Origin: Candidatus Neptunichlamydia sp.
GTDB taxonomy: Bacteria > Chlamydiota > Chlamydiia > Chlamydiales > Simkaniaceae
Direction of reading: 5' to 3'
Assembly: GCA_965233865.1 (NCBI GenBank)
Contig: OZ247587.1
Coordinates: 1,024,001 to 1,088,000, forward strand
Length of the DNA: 64,000 nt
Position numbers and translations under genes: made by a program. Positions 19,020-28,763 of the stretch are shown here, in pieces. The notes under the pieces are model-generated. The model worked only from the letters and a program-made list of their open reading frames with translations. It did no database searches and was not told the DNA's origin. How positions within the stretch are numbered: the stretch's first letter is position 1; every line of letters begins with the position of its first letter.

Positions 19020-19712
19020 ATGGAAAAAGGCGCAAAACTCATTCTTCTTAGACACGGAAAGTCGGAGTGGAATCAAAAAAATCGTTTTACAGGTTGGGTT
19101 GATGTCCCTCTTAGTAAGCTAGGTGTGGTTGAAGCTCAGGAAGCTGGGAAGCTGATTAAAGGCATTGATTTCGACGTGATCTTTATTTCAACTTTAATGC
19201 GCGCTCAAATGACTGCGATGATTGCAATGAGCGAAAATGAGAGCGGGAAAACCCCCGTTATTCCTCATCAAGGGGAAAGGGAACAGGCTGCGTGGGGAAA
19301 TATTTATGATGAAAAAGCACAAGAGAATTGCATTCCTGTGATTGTCGCCTGGGAGCTCAATGAGCGGATGTATGGAGAGTTGCAGGGGCTTGACAAAGAT
19401 GAAACTCGAGAAAAATACGGCGCTGAGCAAGTAGAAATTTGGCGGCGAAGTTTTGATGTCCCGCCTCCAAGAGGTGAAAGCCTCGAAATGACAGCCAAAA
19501 GAGCGATTCCCTATTTCAAGGAAAAAGCACTTCCCTACCTTCAGAAAGGAAAAAATGTCCTCATTTCAGCTCACGGAAATTCTCTTCGGTCGATTGTCAT
19601 GTACTTAAATGACCTTTCCAATGAAGACGTGCTTAATCTTGAAATTCCCACCGGTGAACCCATCTGCTATTGTTTTGAAGGGAAGACCTGGAAAAAGCAG
19701 TCCTTAAACTGA
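19020..19712 (+). CDS. gpmA: 2,3-BPG-dependent phosphoglycerate mutase
   Basis: LRHGKSEWN..NRFTGWVD, LNERMYGELQG, AHGNSLR. Confidence 0.97.
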   Translation: MEKGAKLILLRHGKSEWNQKNRFTGWVDVPLSKLGVVEAQEAGKLIKGIDFDVIFISTLMRAQMTAMIAMSENESGKTPVIPHQGEREQAAWGNIYDEKAQENCIPVIVAWELNERMYGELQGLDKDETREKYGAEQVEIWRRSFDVPPPRGESLEMTAKRAIPYFKEKALPYLQKGKNVLISAHGNSLRSIVMYLNDLSNEDVLNLEIPTGEPICYCFEGKTWKKQSLN

Positions 19713-20833
19713 TGGAACCGATTTATCTCGACAATGGGACCATTGCCCGCCCTTCTTCTCATCTTATCAGTCAAATGCAACCCATCCTCAAAAGGCACTG
19801 GGAGTCTACTTGTGCCCCCTACCTAAAAGGGAAAGAGCCTTTTGTATCGATCGAACGCTCCGTTGGAGATCTGCGCGCTTTTGTCGGTGCCCACCCAAAG
19901 GATACGTTTCACTTTACTTCGTCAGGAAGCGCTGCGATTGCGGCTGTTTACCAAAGCGTTTATATTGACCATATTGTTGAAAGTGGGAGGAATCACATTC
20001 TCACAACGGCTGCCGAAGAAGCACCGATCCACCTTCTAGGAAAACATTATGAAAAACTCGGTGTTGTTCAAAAAACAATTCAACTGAGCGAAAATGGACA
20101 AGTGACGCGAGATGCCTTAGAGGATGCGATTTCCCCAAAAACGGGACTGGTTTCCCTTTCATGGGCAAATAGTTTAACCGGAGTCATTCATCCTATCTGG
20201 GAACTTGTAGAAGTATGTCGAGAAAAGGGAATTCTTTTCCATGTGGACGCTTCTCAAATCCTGGGAAAGCTCTACTTTAAGTTTGAAGAGATTCCTCTCG
20301 ATTTTCTTACCTTTGATGGGCCAATTTTGCATGGGCCAAAGGGGAGTGGGGGCGTTTTTGTACGTCGCGGGATAGATTTTACACCAGCTGCTTTAGAAGG
20401 AATGGAAGGAGCAGACCTCAATACACCGGCCCTTATTGGTTTGGGAATTGCGATCCAGGAGATGAGTGAAGCCTTTGACCACCTTTCTCTTGAAACGGCG
20501 CGTCTGCGTGATAAATTAGAGGAGGGGATCAAGCTTGCGATTCCCGAAGTAAAACTCTTATATAAGGAAGCGGAGCGCCTTCCCAATGTTTCTGCGATTC
20601 TTTTCCCAGGTATTCATCATGAACTCCTTGCTTTTCATCTTCGTGAGGCAGGAGTTTTTGCCTCTTTTGGAGGAGGTCAAAAACAAAAGCTCGAATACTT
20701 AGCGAGTGATCCTTGTGCCCTTTCATTTAGCTTATCGCGGGAAACTACTGAAGAAGAAATCGATCGCGCCCTCGGAATCATTATCGATTCTGCACAAAGA
20801 TGTCGCACCTTTTCTAAAGAGGTTGTTTTATGA
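19712..20833 (+). CDS. NifS/IscS-like class V aminotransferase-fold protein (catalytic residues degenerate)
   Basis: IYLDN, ANSLTGVIHPI, FHVDASQ, HGPKG; lacks PLP Lys and catalytic Cys. Confidence 0.85.
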   Translation: MEPIYLDNGTIARPSSHLISQMQPILKRHWESTCAPYLKGKEPFVSIERSVGDLRAFVGAHPKDTFHFTSSGSAAIAAVYQSVYIDHIVESGRNHILTTAAEEAPIHLLGKHYEKLGVVQKTIQLSENGQVTRDALEDAISPKTGLVSLSWANSLTGVIHPIWELVEVCREKGILFHVDASQILGKLYFKFEEIPLDFLTFDGPILHGPKGSGGVFVRRGIDFTPAALEGMEGADLNTPALIGLGIAIQEMSEAFDHLSLETARLRDKLEEGIKLAIPEVKLLYKEAERLPNVSAILFPGIHHELLAFHLREAGVFASFGGGQKQKLEYLASDPCALSFSLSRETTEEEIDRALGIIIDSAQRCRTFSKEVVL

Positions 20834-21588
20834 AGCCCTACCCGTGGAACAACTATAGTTATCTCCTTACCGAAAGAATCTTAAAGCCTCGCAACTTGGG
20901 ACGCTTCAATGAAAATGCTGGATCTCTTCAAGAGATGCGTGTTGTAACAGGTAGGGTAGAAGCACAAGGGAATATCCTGATCATGTCTCTTGTGGTTGAT
21001 GAAACGGATGGGATTGTTGCCGATGCTAAATTTCAGGCCTTTGGAGAGGCTGCCCTCATCGGTGCTGCCGATGCGGCTTGCGAAGTTCTCCTCAGAAAAA
21101 ATTATGACCAAGCGCGTCGCCTTTCCGTGGATTTAATTGACCGCAAGCTCCGTGATTTTACAAATATCCCAGCTTTTCCAAAAGAAGTCGATGCTTATCT
21201 CAACCTGGTTCTTGCGGCTATCGAAGAAGCAGCAGAAAAATGCTCAGATATTCCCTTGAAAGACCCTTCAACATCTCCTCCCGTTCCTTCTCAATTAACC
21301 GGAGAAGGAGGTCACCCCAATTGGCACCTATTTTCCCCAGACGAGAAGCTTGATCACATTAAAGAAGTGATACGTGACGAAATTCAACCCTATATCGAAC
21401 TAGATGCAGGAGGCATTGAAGTCTCTGCTTTGAATGATGAAACTGAAGTGGTAATTGCTTATCAAGGAGCATGCACAACATGCCCCTCTTCAACAGGTGC
21501 AACACTTGAGGCGATCCAACAGATCCTGCGCTCAAAGCTTTCACCGTCTTTGCATGTAAAGCCAGACCTTTCTCTACTTAATTACTAA
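20830..21588 (+). CDS. NifU-like protein (degenerate IscU N-domain + Nfu C-domain)
   Basis: DAKFQAFG; IQPYIELDAGGIE..YQGACTTCPSS..TL.AIQ. Confidence 0.88.
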   Translation: MKPYPWNNYSYLLTERILKPRNLGRFNENAGSLQEMRVVTGRVEAQGNILIMSLVVDETDGIVADAKFQAFGEAALIGAADAACEVLLRKNYDQARRLSVDLIDRKLRDFTNIPAFPKEVDAYLNLVLAAIEEAAEKCSDIPLKDPSTSPPVPSQLTGEGGHPNWHLFSPDEKLDHIKEVIRDEIQPYIELDAGGIEVSALNDETEVVIAYQGACTTCPSSTGATLEAIQQILRSKLSPSLHVKPDLSLLNY

Positions 21589-21871
21589 GCTCATCTTGGA
21601 GAGCAAAAAGAAAGCTTTTAAACTCGCCAAGCTCAGGAAAGAGATAACATCCGACATACTTTTCATTGAGAGTTTTTAGCTCCTTGTTGACAAAATCAAG
21701 AGCCTCTCTTTTTCTTCCTTCATCAATCTTATCTTGGATTGATTGCAGGGCTACCTTAAATTGCTCTGTGATTGGGTCTGCAATATTTCCCACTGGCTTT
21801 TCGATACAAACGGAATGCTCCTTAGCTTGTAAAAAATTTAATTCAATTAGATCGTTTCCTTCAATTTCCAT
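21578..21871 (-). CDS. Hypothetical protein (97 aa)
   Basis: GGAGG RBS before ATG at 21871 and a near-consensus promoter upstream. Confidence 0.65.
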   Translation of the reverse strand: MEIEGNDLIELNFLQAKEHSVCIEKPVGNIADPITEQFKVALQSIQDKIDEGRKREALDFVNKELKTLNEKYVGCYLFPELGEFKSFLFALQDELSN

Positions 21872-21894
21872 AACGCCTCCCCTGTTAGACATCG

Positions 21895-21923
21895 ATTATA
21901 CGGAAATTTAGTAGAAAGTGCAA
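21895..21923 (-). promoter_or_regulatory. sigma66 promoter
   Basis: TTGCAC-17 nt-TATAAT. Confidence 0.7.
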
Positions 21924-22108
21924 TTAAACAACGTATTGCCTACAAGTTGAGGGGTATTAGGGGGGGGGATTTGAAGTACCATCAATTTGTTTTTTAAACA
22001 AATGTTGATAATTTATTTTTTCGTCATATTTTGGTTTTGATAGGACCAATCAATAAGTTTTAAACAATTTTTCATCTAGAACGCATTTCTCAACCAAGAG
22101 TTGAGCCC

Positions 22109-22444
22109 TTAATAATTAGGATAGGGGTCATCTGAATAAATGGCTTCAACTGGTGGAGGGCTGGAAACTTTCATGTGCTTTCCTATTACCTTCCCATCTT
22201 GAATCACAATATAGTAGCGACGCTGTTCGATCACTTGCGTCCCCATTGTAATTTTTTCGATGTATTCGTAGGTCTCTTTTCCTTCTCCTTTTGATACAAT
22301 TTTGTAAGGCTTGCCGTATTGCTTTTCAATATCCTGTATTGTCATTCCCATTTCAACTTCAGCATACTTATCGCGTGTCATGATTTCACCACTTGCTCCG
22401 CACCCCATCAAGAGCAAAAGCCCTAACAAAAAAATATATTTCAT
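22109..22444 (-). CDS. Small lipoprotein, SmpA/BamE-like fold
   Basis: Lipobox LMGC; V..GMT..DI...YGKP...YEY pattern. Confidence 0.65.
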   Translation of the reverse strand: MKYIFLLGLLLLMGCGASGEIMTRDKYAEVEMGMTIQDIEKQYGKPYKIVSKGEGKETYEYIEKITMGTQVIEQRRYYIVIQDGKVIGKHMKVSSPPPVEAIYSDDPYPNY

Positions 22445-22558
22445 AAATTACCTACCTATTTGAGTTAATAACCATTGCAAATATTATTATCAACAGATCT
22501 ATTACAATATTTAATAACCATAAAAATCAAAATTCGACAGAAACATTCGCATATCCGT

Positions 22559-23125
22559 TTACGGCCTTTTTTTGAGCGACCTTATCTTTGATAGGAAACA
22601 GTTAGCGGTATGGTCAAAGGTTAGGCCGGCTGCTTGCAAGTATGAATAGATAATTGTGGGACCAACAAAAGAAAATCCTCGTTTTTTAAGTGCCTTGGAA
22701 ATCTCGATACTCTCAGGTGAGATACTGCGCACTTCCAGGCACTGAAGGGTGCTCCCCCCTACAAAGTTCCAAATATAGCGATCAAATGACCCTTCCTCGC
22801 TTTGAAGGATTAGAAAGCTCTGAGCATTTTTTCGAATAGAGAATACTTTTAACTTATTCCGGACAATCTCTTTGTTTTTCGTTGCAATCAGGAGTTGCTC
22901 ATCTGTCATAATAGCGATTTTTTTTGGGTCGAATTGATGAAAGATAGTGCGGTAAGCTTCTCGTTTTTTTAAGATAATTTCCCATGAAAGGCCCGCTTGT
23001 TGCCCCTCTAAGCAGAGAAGCTCAAAATGCTTTTGGTCATCATAAACGGGGCGCCCCCACTCTGTGTCGTGATAGGCAACAAGGAGGGGGTTTGAGGCCT
23101 TAGCCCAAGTACAGCGTTCCTTCAC
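22559..23125 (-). CDS. tag: DNA-3-methyladenine glycosylase I
   Basis: RCTWA..YHDTEWG, FELLCLEGQQAGLSW, FVGPTI.YS..QA.G...DH...C. Confidence 0.95.
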   Translation of the reverse strand: MKERCTWAKASNPLLVAYHDTEWGRPVYDDQKHFELLCLEGQQAGLSWEIILKKREAYRTIFHQFDPKKIAIMTDEQLLIATKNKEIVRNKLKVFSIRKNAQSFLILQSEEGSFDRYIWNFVGGSTLQCLEVRSISPESIEISKALKKRGFSFVGPTIIYSYLQAAGLTFDHTANCFLSKIRSLKKRP

Positions 23126-23856
23126 TTTTTAATTTCACCCGAGCTGAGCGTTTGGACCTCACCACTTGGAAGAAGGATGTTGAGACGACCATCAGGATTT
23201 AAGGAGTGGAGAGTTCCTGAAATTGTATGACTATTTTGTTTGAGGGTAATGGGCATTCCTTTGTGGGTAAGAAGTGCATCGTAGCTCATATAAAAGGGTT
23301 TAAAGCCATCCCTTTTATAAAGGTGGTAATCCTCAATAAAAAATTTATCGAGGGTTTTGATTAAGTCTTCGCGTTCATGTTCTTTTCCCGTTTCTACCAT
23401 TAAGGAAGTTGCGGGTTGATCGACCCTATCGAGGAGTTTCTGAGGCATATTAATATTAATGCCAGCTCCTAAAGCCACTCCAAATTTATCCTGAAGATCA
23501 ATTGTTTCACAAAGGATTCCAGAGATTTTTTTTTGATTCACAAGAACATCATTGGGCCATTTGATCTGAGGCTTTAGTCCGTTTTTATTGAGAAGTTTAG
23601 AAATAGAGAGGCAAAGGATCTGCGCTAAATTATTGAGATCCATTGGATTTTTATTTGAAGTGAAATAATAGGTGAGATAGATGTTTATTCTCTTTGGAGA
23701 AAGCCAGCCTCTCTTAAAACGGCCTCGTCCCTTTAACTGCTCATCTGCGGTAATCCTTGTAATCTCATCCTGCCCGAACTGCTGATAGTTTTCTTTTGCA
23801 TAAGTGTTTGTTGAATCGATAGTATTAAGATGAATTATAGTGACTTTTTCTACCAT
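23122..23856 (-). CDS. birA: Biotin--protein ligase (monofunctional)
   Basis: IDSTN, Q.KGRGR, KWPND, KKISGIL, GININ. Confidence 0.95.
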   Translation of the reverse strand: MVEKVTIIHLNTIDSTNTYAKENYQQFGQDEITRITADEQLKGRGRFKRGWLSPKRINIYLTYYFTSNKNPMDLNNLAQILCLSISKLLNKNGLKPQIKWPNDVLVNQKKISGILCETIDLQDKFGVALGAGININMPQKLLDRVDQPATSLMVETGKEHEREDLIKTLDKFFIEDYHLYKRDGFKPFYMSYDALLTHKGMPITLKQNSHTISGTLHSLNPDGRLNILLPSGEVQTLSSGEIKK

Positions 23857-23885
23857 AATAACTCCAAATATTAGAGAATACGTAT

Positions 23886-25019
23886 ATGTGGAACCATCAA
23901 TATTTAAGACGCATCGACTCAAGAACCATTATGATCATCGCCGTTTTAATGGTGATGAGCATCTTGATTATTGCGTCAACCACCTCTGAGGTTCAAATTT
24001 CTGAAGAAGATTTCTTCTTTACTTCTACAGCCAAAAATCAGATCCAACATTTTGGCGTTGGAATCCTTTGTTATCTATTTTTTGCAGGCCTCGACTACCA
24101 TAAACTCCGTGAGTGGGCCTGGATTCTTTACGTTGGGACCATTTTACTCCTCTTTGGCCTTTTTTTTACAGAATCTATTCAACATGTTCATCGTTGGTAC
24201 CGCATTCCTTTTGTTGGAGGAACTCTGCAACCCTCTGAATATGCGAAACTTTCTCTTGTCCTTACCCTGAGTTGGTTTCTTGAAAAAAAGGGAAGAAACG
24301 TGGGGGATTGGAGAACTTTTTTTCAGGCGTCACTCATTGTTTTTATTCCATTTGTTCTCATTTTAAAGCAGCCTGACCTAGGTTCTGCAATGGTTTTATA
24401 TCCCATGACACTGGGGATGTTTTATTTTGGTGGAATTAAACAGAAAGTCATAAAAATCATGTCGATTATGGGTGTTACGGCCTTAGTTTTGATTTCCTTT
24501 ATATTCACCGGGATTCTTTCTCATGAAGAGCTCCGCCCCGTCGCAACAAAAATTTTAAAAGAATATCAATACGAAAGATTTGACCCTGATACCTACCACC
24601 ATCAAGCAGCTAAAACAGCGATTGCTCTCGGCGGATATACTGGTAGCGGTTTTAAAAAAAGTATGTTTACAGGAAGGCAATTTCTTCCTGCAGCACATAC
24701 AGACTCTGTTTTCCCTGCGTTTGCAGAAGAGTATGGAATTTTTGGAGCTATTTTAATGCTTCTCTTGTTTTTCGGACTGATTTACTATAGTTTTCAAGTA
24801 ACAGCGGTAGCTAGAGACCATTTTGGGCGGGTTCTTTCCTCCGGAATTGCTGTATATTTGGCTGTTCATGTGGTGATTAATATCGGAATGATGTGCGGCT
24901 TTTTGCCTATTACTGGAGTACCTTTAGTATTAGTAACTTATGGAGGGTCTTCAGTCACATTAACAATGAGCGCCCTTGGTATGTTGCAGAGTGTCTACAC
25001 AAGAAGGTTTATGTTTTGA
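23886..25019 (+). CDS. rodA: SEDS family rod shape-determining protein
   Basis: QPSEYAK, KQPDLGS, PAAHTDSVF, LPITGVPL..V.YGGSS. Confidence 0.92.
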   Translation: MWNHQYLRRIDSRTIMIIAVLMVMSILIIASTTSEVQISEEDFFFTSTAKNQIQHFGVGILCYLFFAGLDYHKLREWAWILYVGTILLLFGLFFTESIQHVHRWYRIPFVGGTLQPSEYAKLSLVLTLSWFLEKKGRNVGDWRTFFQASLIVFIPFVLILKQPDLGSAMVLYPMTLGMFYFGGIKQKVIKIMSIMGVTALVLISFIFTGILSHEELRPVATKILKEYQYERFDPDTYHHQAAKTAIALGGYTGSGFKKSMFTGRQFLPAAHTDSVFPAFAEEYGIFGAILMLLLFFGLIYYSFQVTAVARDHFGRVLSSGIAVYLAVHVVINIGMMCGFLPITGVPLVLVTYGGSSVTLTMSALGMLQSVYTRRFMF

Positions 25020-25486
25020 CAAAGCATCCGTTTATTTTTAAATCTGGTTCATGGATTGGAGAAGGGGAAATCACCCTTTCAATGATGGATGAAAAGCTTG
25101 CTTTTTATACGCGATGGAAAGTTCCAGAAGTGGATGAAAAAGGGCGCATTGATTCCCTTCAGGAAATCCAAATTTCCGAGCTCTCAGATGTGATGCAGAA
25201 CCAATTCGCCTTTTACGGTATCACCCGGAGAGGATTTCATATTGAACTTGAAAACCAATCTCTTGGCAAGGTTGTTGGCAAGGGGATGATCAATGACAAC
25301 TTAATCGGTTGGGAGTTTCGCCTTGACCACCTTGGCTTCGAAGGGTTCGAATTTTATGAAAAAGGAGAAACCCCCGACACGTATCTTATGCACGCCGAAT
25401 ATTCCACCAACGACGATTTCCGCACGGTCATTCACGGAAAAATTTGGCGCCCACTCGAAGATCAAAACGAGTTAGAAAAAAAATAA
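25016..25486 (+). CDS. Conserved hypothetical beta-rich protein
   Basis: TTG start overlapping rodA stop; open frame with typical composition. Confidence 0.7.
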   Translation: MTKHPFIFKSGSWIGEGEITLSMMDEKLAFYTRWKVPEVDEKGRIDSLQEIQISELSDVMQNQFAFYGITRRGFHIELENQSLGKVVGKGMINDNLIGWEFRLDHLGFEGFEFYEKGETPDTYLMHAEYSTNDDFRTVIHGKIWRPLEDQNELEKK

Positions 25487-25493
25487 TTAACTT

Positions 25494-25663
25494 TTTCATC
25501 GAGAGTTTAACGGTTTAGAAATCCTGTATGCATTTGGACCATGAGATGGTATTGTTAGTTTGCTCTGAGATAAGGATTAAGTCTAGCCAAGGCTTTCAAC
25601 CATTTGAAACAGCAGAGGCAATGATTGAAGGCTATTAGGCTACTCACATGACAAGGAAAAGGG
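25494..25663 (+). mobile_element. IS6 family transposase remnant (internally deleted)
   Basis: IWTMRWYC*FAL joined to RIKSSQGFQPFETAEAMIEGY*ATHMTRK, the N- and C-terminal IS6 motifs. Confidence 0.65.
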
Positions 25664-25678
25664 AGCCCGACTAAAACT

Positions 25679-25721
25679 TGGTCAGAGCTGGAATCGAACC
25701 GGCGACACAAGGATTTTCAGT
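25679..25721 (-). repeat. att-like duplication of the 3' half of tRNA-Phe
   Basis: 41/43 nt identical to 29414-29456, ending at the anticodon loop. Confidence 0.9.
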
Positions 25722-25908
25722 TTTGAAAAAGCCTTTCCACCAACTGACAAGGATGACCTTAGATCAACCTACTCCACCCATCTTACTAGAAGAAACCAAT
25801 TCTTTTCAAGCAAAGATTTTCAATTAAAAGCAATCGATTTCGAACCCAGGAAATTGGCTACTCCGGATATATCCCGGATAGGCAACCCAACTGCGACTCA
25901 CGCCACAT

Positions 25909-27060
25909 TCATGGATTAAAGTTCAAAAGCTGCATAAGATTAAAATGGGTATAACAGCTTTGGCTGACCGGGGTGCGATCTAATCCCATATTTGAGACCC
26001 AAACGTCCAGCGATGAAGGGTGAAAAATCGCATTATGAAGATTCGTATCATTGGTTACTGGAGGCAATATGATTCTTTGGCATGCAATATGATCAATGAA
26101 TCCGTATTCTTTTTGCATTCTTTCGGTCAATGTAGAGTAACGACGTAAAGAGTCAAACCCTCCCAATAAAATACAGTTTTTGGGTTGATCGTTGAAAATA
26201 GCAGCTTTTCTCTTCGAATATTGAGGCATGTTATTAGGGGTTAATAAAGAGTCACTCTCTCCTGGCCCAATACAACAAAGGTGGTTGTGCGTGGCATAAA
26301 CCCCAATAGATTCCTCTATTTTACCATCAGAAATGACATAGTAGTATTCAGAAACACGTGAAGTATTTTCAAGAATTTTCTGTGCTTCATTAAGGCTTAA
26401 AGCGTTTTCTAAAACCTCTTTTAACAGAAATGCCATAGGCACTCCTTCCCACGGGCCATATTGATCACCTGAAATCTCTCCAATTGCAATCTTTTCTTCA
26501 TTCATTCCCGTAATCACACCAATAAAACCAGCATAGCTAACCGAAAGATAAGATTTTTTCCCGTTGGGTTTGACAACGATTAGAACGGCATTTTTTTGTA
26601 GATTTTTCCCGATACTATAATCGAGAACCCTGACATGATAAAGGAAGTGATCATGAGTTGCTTCCCCTTGAAGGGTGATCCCAATACAATGAAACATTTC
26701 CGGAAAAAGATTCATCATGAGCACTTTTTTAAAGGAAACATCTGCCCCTACAGAAATCCCCTGCATTTCTTCAATGAGATGCGAGGGGATGTAGCTCAAA
26801 ATTTGCGGCAATTGAGCTTGAAATCGTTGCACCACTTCATCTTTATAAAAGTTTTCGCTCCCAATAAAACCCTTAAGATTATCATGTATTTTTTCTCTTA
26901 GTAAGACCCCATGTTAGTATCCTCTATCATAGGGACTTCCTTCTAAATAAAGAGTCGTAACACACCCCTCTTCCATAACCCATCCAAGCCCCGAAAACTG
27001 GACAGAAGAAAAGAGTGGCAAAGAGCAAATTAAAGTGATGACTAAGGTGAAATATATCAA
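25909..27060 (-). pseudogene. Secreted C45 family Ntn-hydrolase with one in-frame stop
   Basis: TTG start overlapping upstream stop, signal peptide, LEGSPYDRGY*HG (TAA at 26914-16), MFHC nucleophile, HVRVLDY, GFIGVITGMNE. Confidence 0.75.
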
Positions 27061-27428
27061 CGTTTCTCACGTCTTATTCGAATAAAATCTCCTCCTCCGC
27101 ATACATGGCACTCCCTAAGCTGGTAGTCATATGTGGCCCCACACCCTATACATTGATACCGATAGTTAGGATCTGTACTCAGAGTTACGAAAGTGCCCTC
27201 CTCCTTTTGCCATAGTTTGCCAACAGGCAACAAATGGTTTTCTCCAAGCTCTACCATTAGTTGATTTTTAAACAACTTCAGCTGATTATTATCTATAAGT
27301 ATTCTTTCGTTTGTATCGTTTAATTCTAGAAAATCTTGCTCAATATTTTCATAATATTGATTACAAAATGCATGATTGATGCCAAAAACACCAGCGATCA
27401 TAAGTAAAGCATGAAAAATTATCTTCAT
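27057..27428 (-). CDS. Small secreted protein with C-terminal CxxC...CxxC zinc ribbon
   Basis: Signal peptide; YQCIGCG...ECHVCGG; GGAG RBS. Confidence 0.75.
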   Translation of the reverse strand: MKIIFHALLMIAGVFGINHAFCNQYYENIEQDFLELNDTNERILIDNNQLKLFKNQLMVELGENHLLPVGKLWQKEEGTFVTLSTDPNYRYQCIGCGATYDYQLRECHVCGGGDFIRIRREKR

Positions 27429-27530
27429 TTGTCAACTCCAAATTAACATTTATTTCAAAAAATTGGCCTTGCTTGATTTCTCATTCATTGGTACCCTGGA
27501 AGCATGCTCATGGTTATTTAAGGCACAATA

Positions 27531-28391
27531 ATGGTATTTCGCAAGAGGCTCATAAACTTTTTGACGGTCTCCATTGTTTTTTTTATTTTTTCAACAAGTA
27601 TTTTCTTTTACTACAACCACAAACGCTATGCAGAGAATCCAGATCGCAAGCTGGTCCAATCTTTGAAACATTTTATGATTCGTAGAGGGGGGCTATATAC
27701 CCTTTTTGGGTCAAAGCCTATGACCTTATTAGAACCAACAGGCATAGGCATCACAGAAAAACAAAAAGAAGATCGATATCGTAAGCTTTCTCTATTTAAG
27801 AAAATAAAATATTCCAGGGAGGAGATTGACTTCTGTTTCAGTTCATCGAAGCAATGGGAGTATTGGGCACATTATTGGGAAAAAGAAAACTCTTCAAAAT
27901 ACATTTTTTGCAGACGATGGAATCTTGAATTTTTTGTTAACGTTGCTGAAACAACTTGGATTTTACACAAATACTACGACCAATTTTATCAGGCTGTAAA
28001 ACAAAATTTTGATCCTTTAGAGACAGCAAAGGACATCTCCAACCCTGACTCAACTTTTTGGAATATGCTGGGACAGCCGAATAAAAATCACCATTTATGG
28101 GGCTTGCTATTTGGGTATGGAGAAAAATTGGCTTATCTTTACGAGCTGGGATATAAGGGCTATTTTTATGATGACGATAAGATGTTCGTGGATTTCACAA
28201 GTGTGAACCTTACGATGGATTCCCTCCCCATTCCTTCTTTCAAGATTTTTTCCCCCACTGATGAAATGATCGATTATTACCAAAAGGAGAGAACAAAAAT
28301 CATCTCCATCCTTAATGGAAAAGATTTCTTTGAAGAGGTGCTTTTCTATCTGAAATATGACGATCCTGTTATTTCTCCCCATCCTCTTTAA
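27531..28391 (+). CDS. Membrane-anchored hypothetical protein
   Basis: Single N-terminal TM; GGLYTLFGSKP and HHLWGLLFGYG motifs; 286 aa ORF. Confidence 0.75.
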   Translation: MVFRKRLINFLTVSIVFFIFSTSIFFYYNHKRYAENPDRKLVQSLKHFMIRRGGLYTLFGSKPMTLLEPTGIGITEKQKEDRYRKLSLFKKIKYSREEIDFCFSSSKQWEYWAHYWEKENSSKYIFCRRWNLEFFVNVAETTWILHKYYDQFYQAVKQNFDPLETAKDISNPDSTFWNMLGQPNKNHHLWGLLFGYGEKLAYLYELGYKGYFYDDDKMFVDFTSVNLTMDSLPIPSFKIFSPTDEMIDYYQKERTKIISILNGKDFFEEVLFYLKYDDPVISPHPL

Positions 28392-28428
28392 GCAAGAGTC
28401 CCCTAGGATTGCATTTTGAGGATTAGCA

Positions 28429-28763
28429 TCAAAGCTTATCGTTCCTGACAAGAAATCTCTTCTTAAATGTAATAGGAACATCAGATCCCGTAAACAGAAG
28501 ATCTTCTCCTTCTTCTTGGAAAGTCGCATGGATATGCAGGTGGGGCTCCGTTGTATTTCCCGAATTCCTCACCTTAGCAATCGGCTGTCCCTGCTGGGTG
28601 GTTTCCCCTTTCTTAACAACCAATGTATCTTTCATCAGGTGAGCCAGAATCACTATCACCTCAGAGCCGTTTTTCTTGATGGCCAAGTAATTTCCCGCTG
28701 GATGAGAAGGATCCATTTCTCTAGGAGATAAATCTTCGTGTTCATCGACTGCATCTACAACGA
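28429..28763 (-). pseudogene. M23 family metallopeptidase C-terminal fragment truncated by IS3 derivative
   Basis: GNYLAI..VILAHL...V.NSGNTTEPHLHIH; 5' part replaced by the IS end. Confidence 0.8.

Noticed and set aside
23857..23922. Apparent head-to-head overlap of birA and rodA
   Set aside because: Disappears if birA starts at ATG 23856
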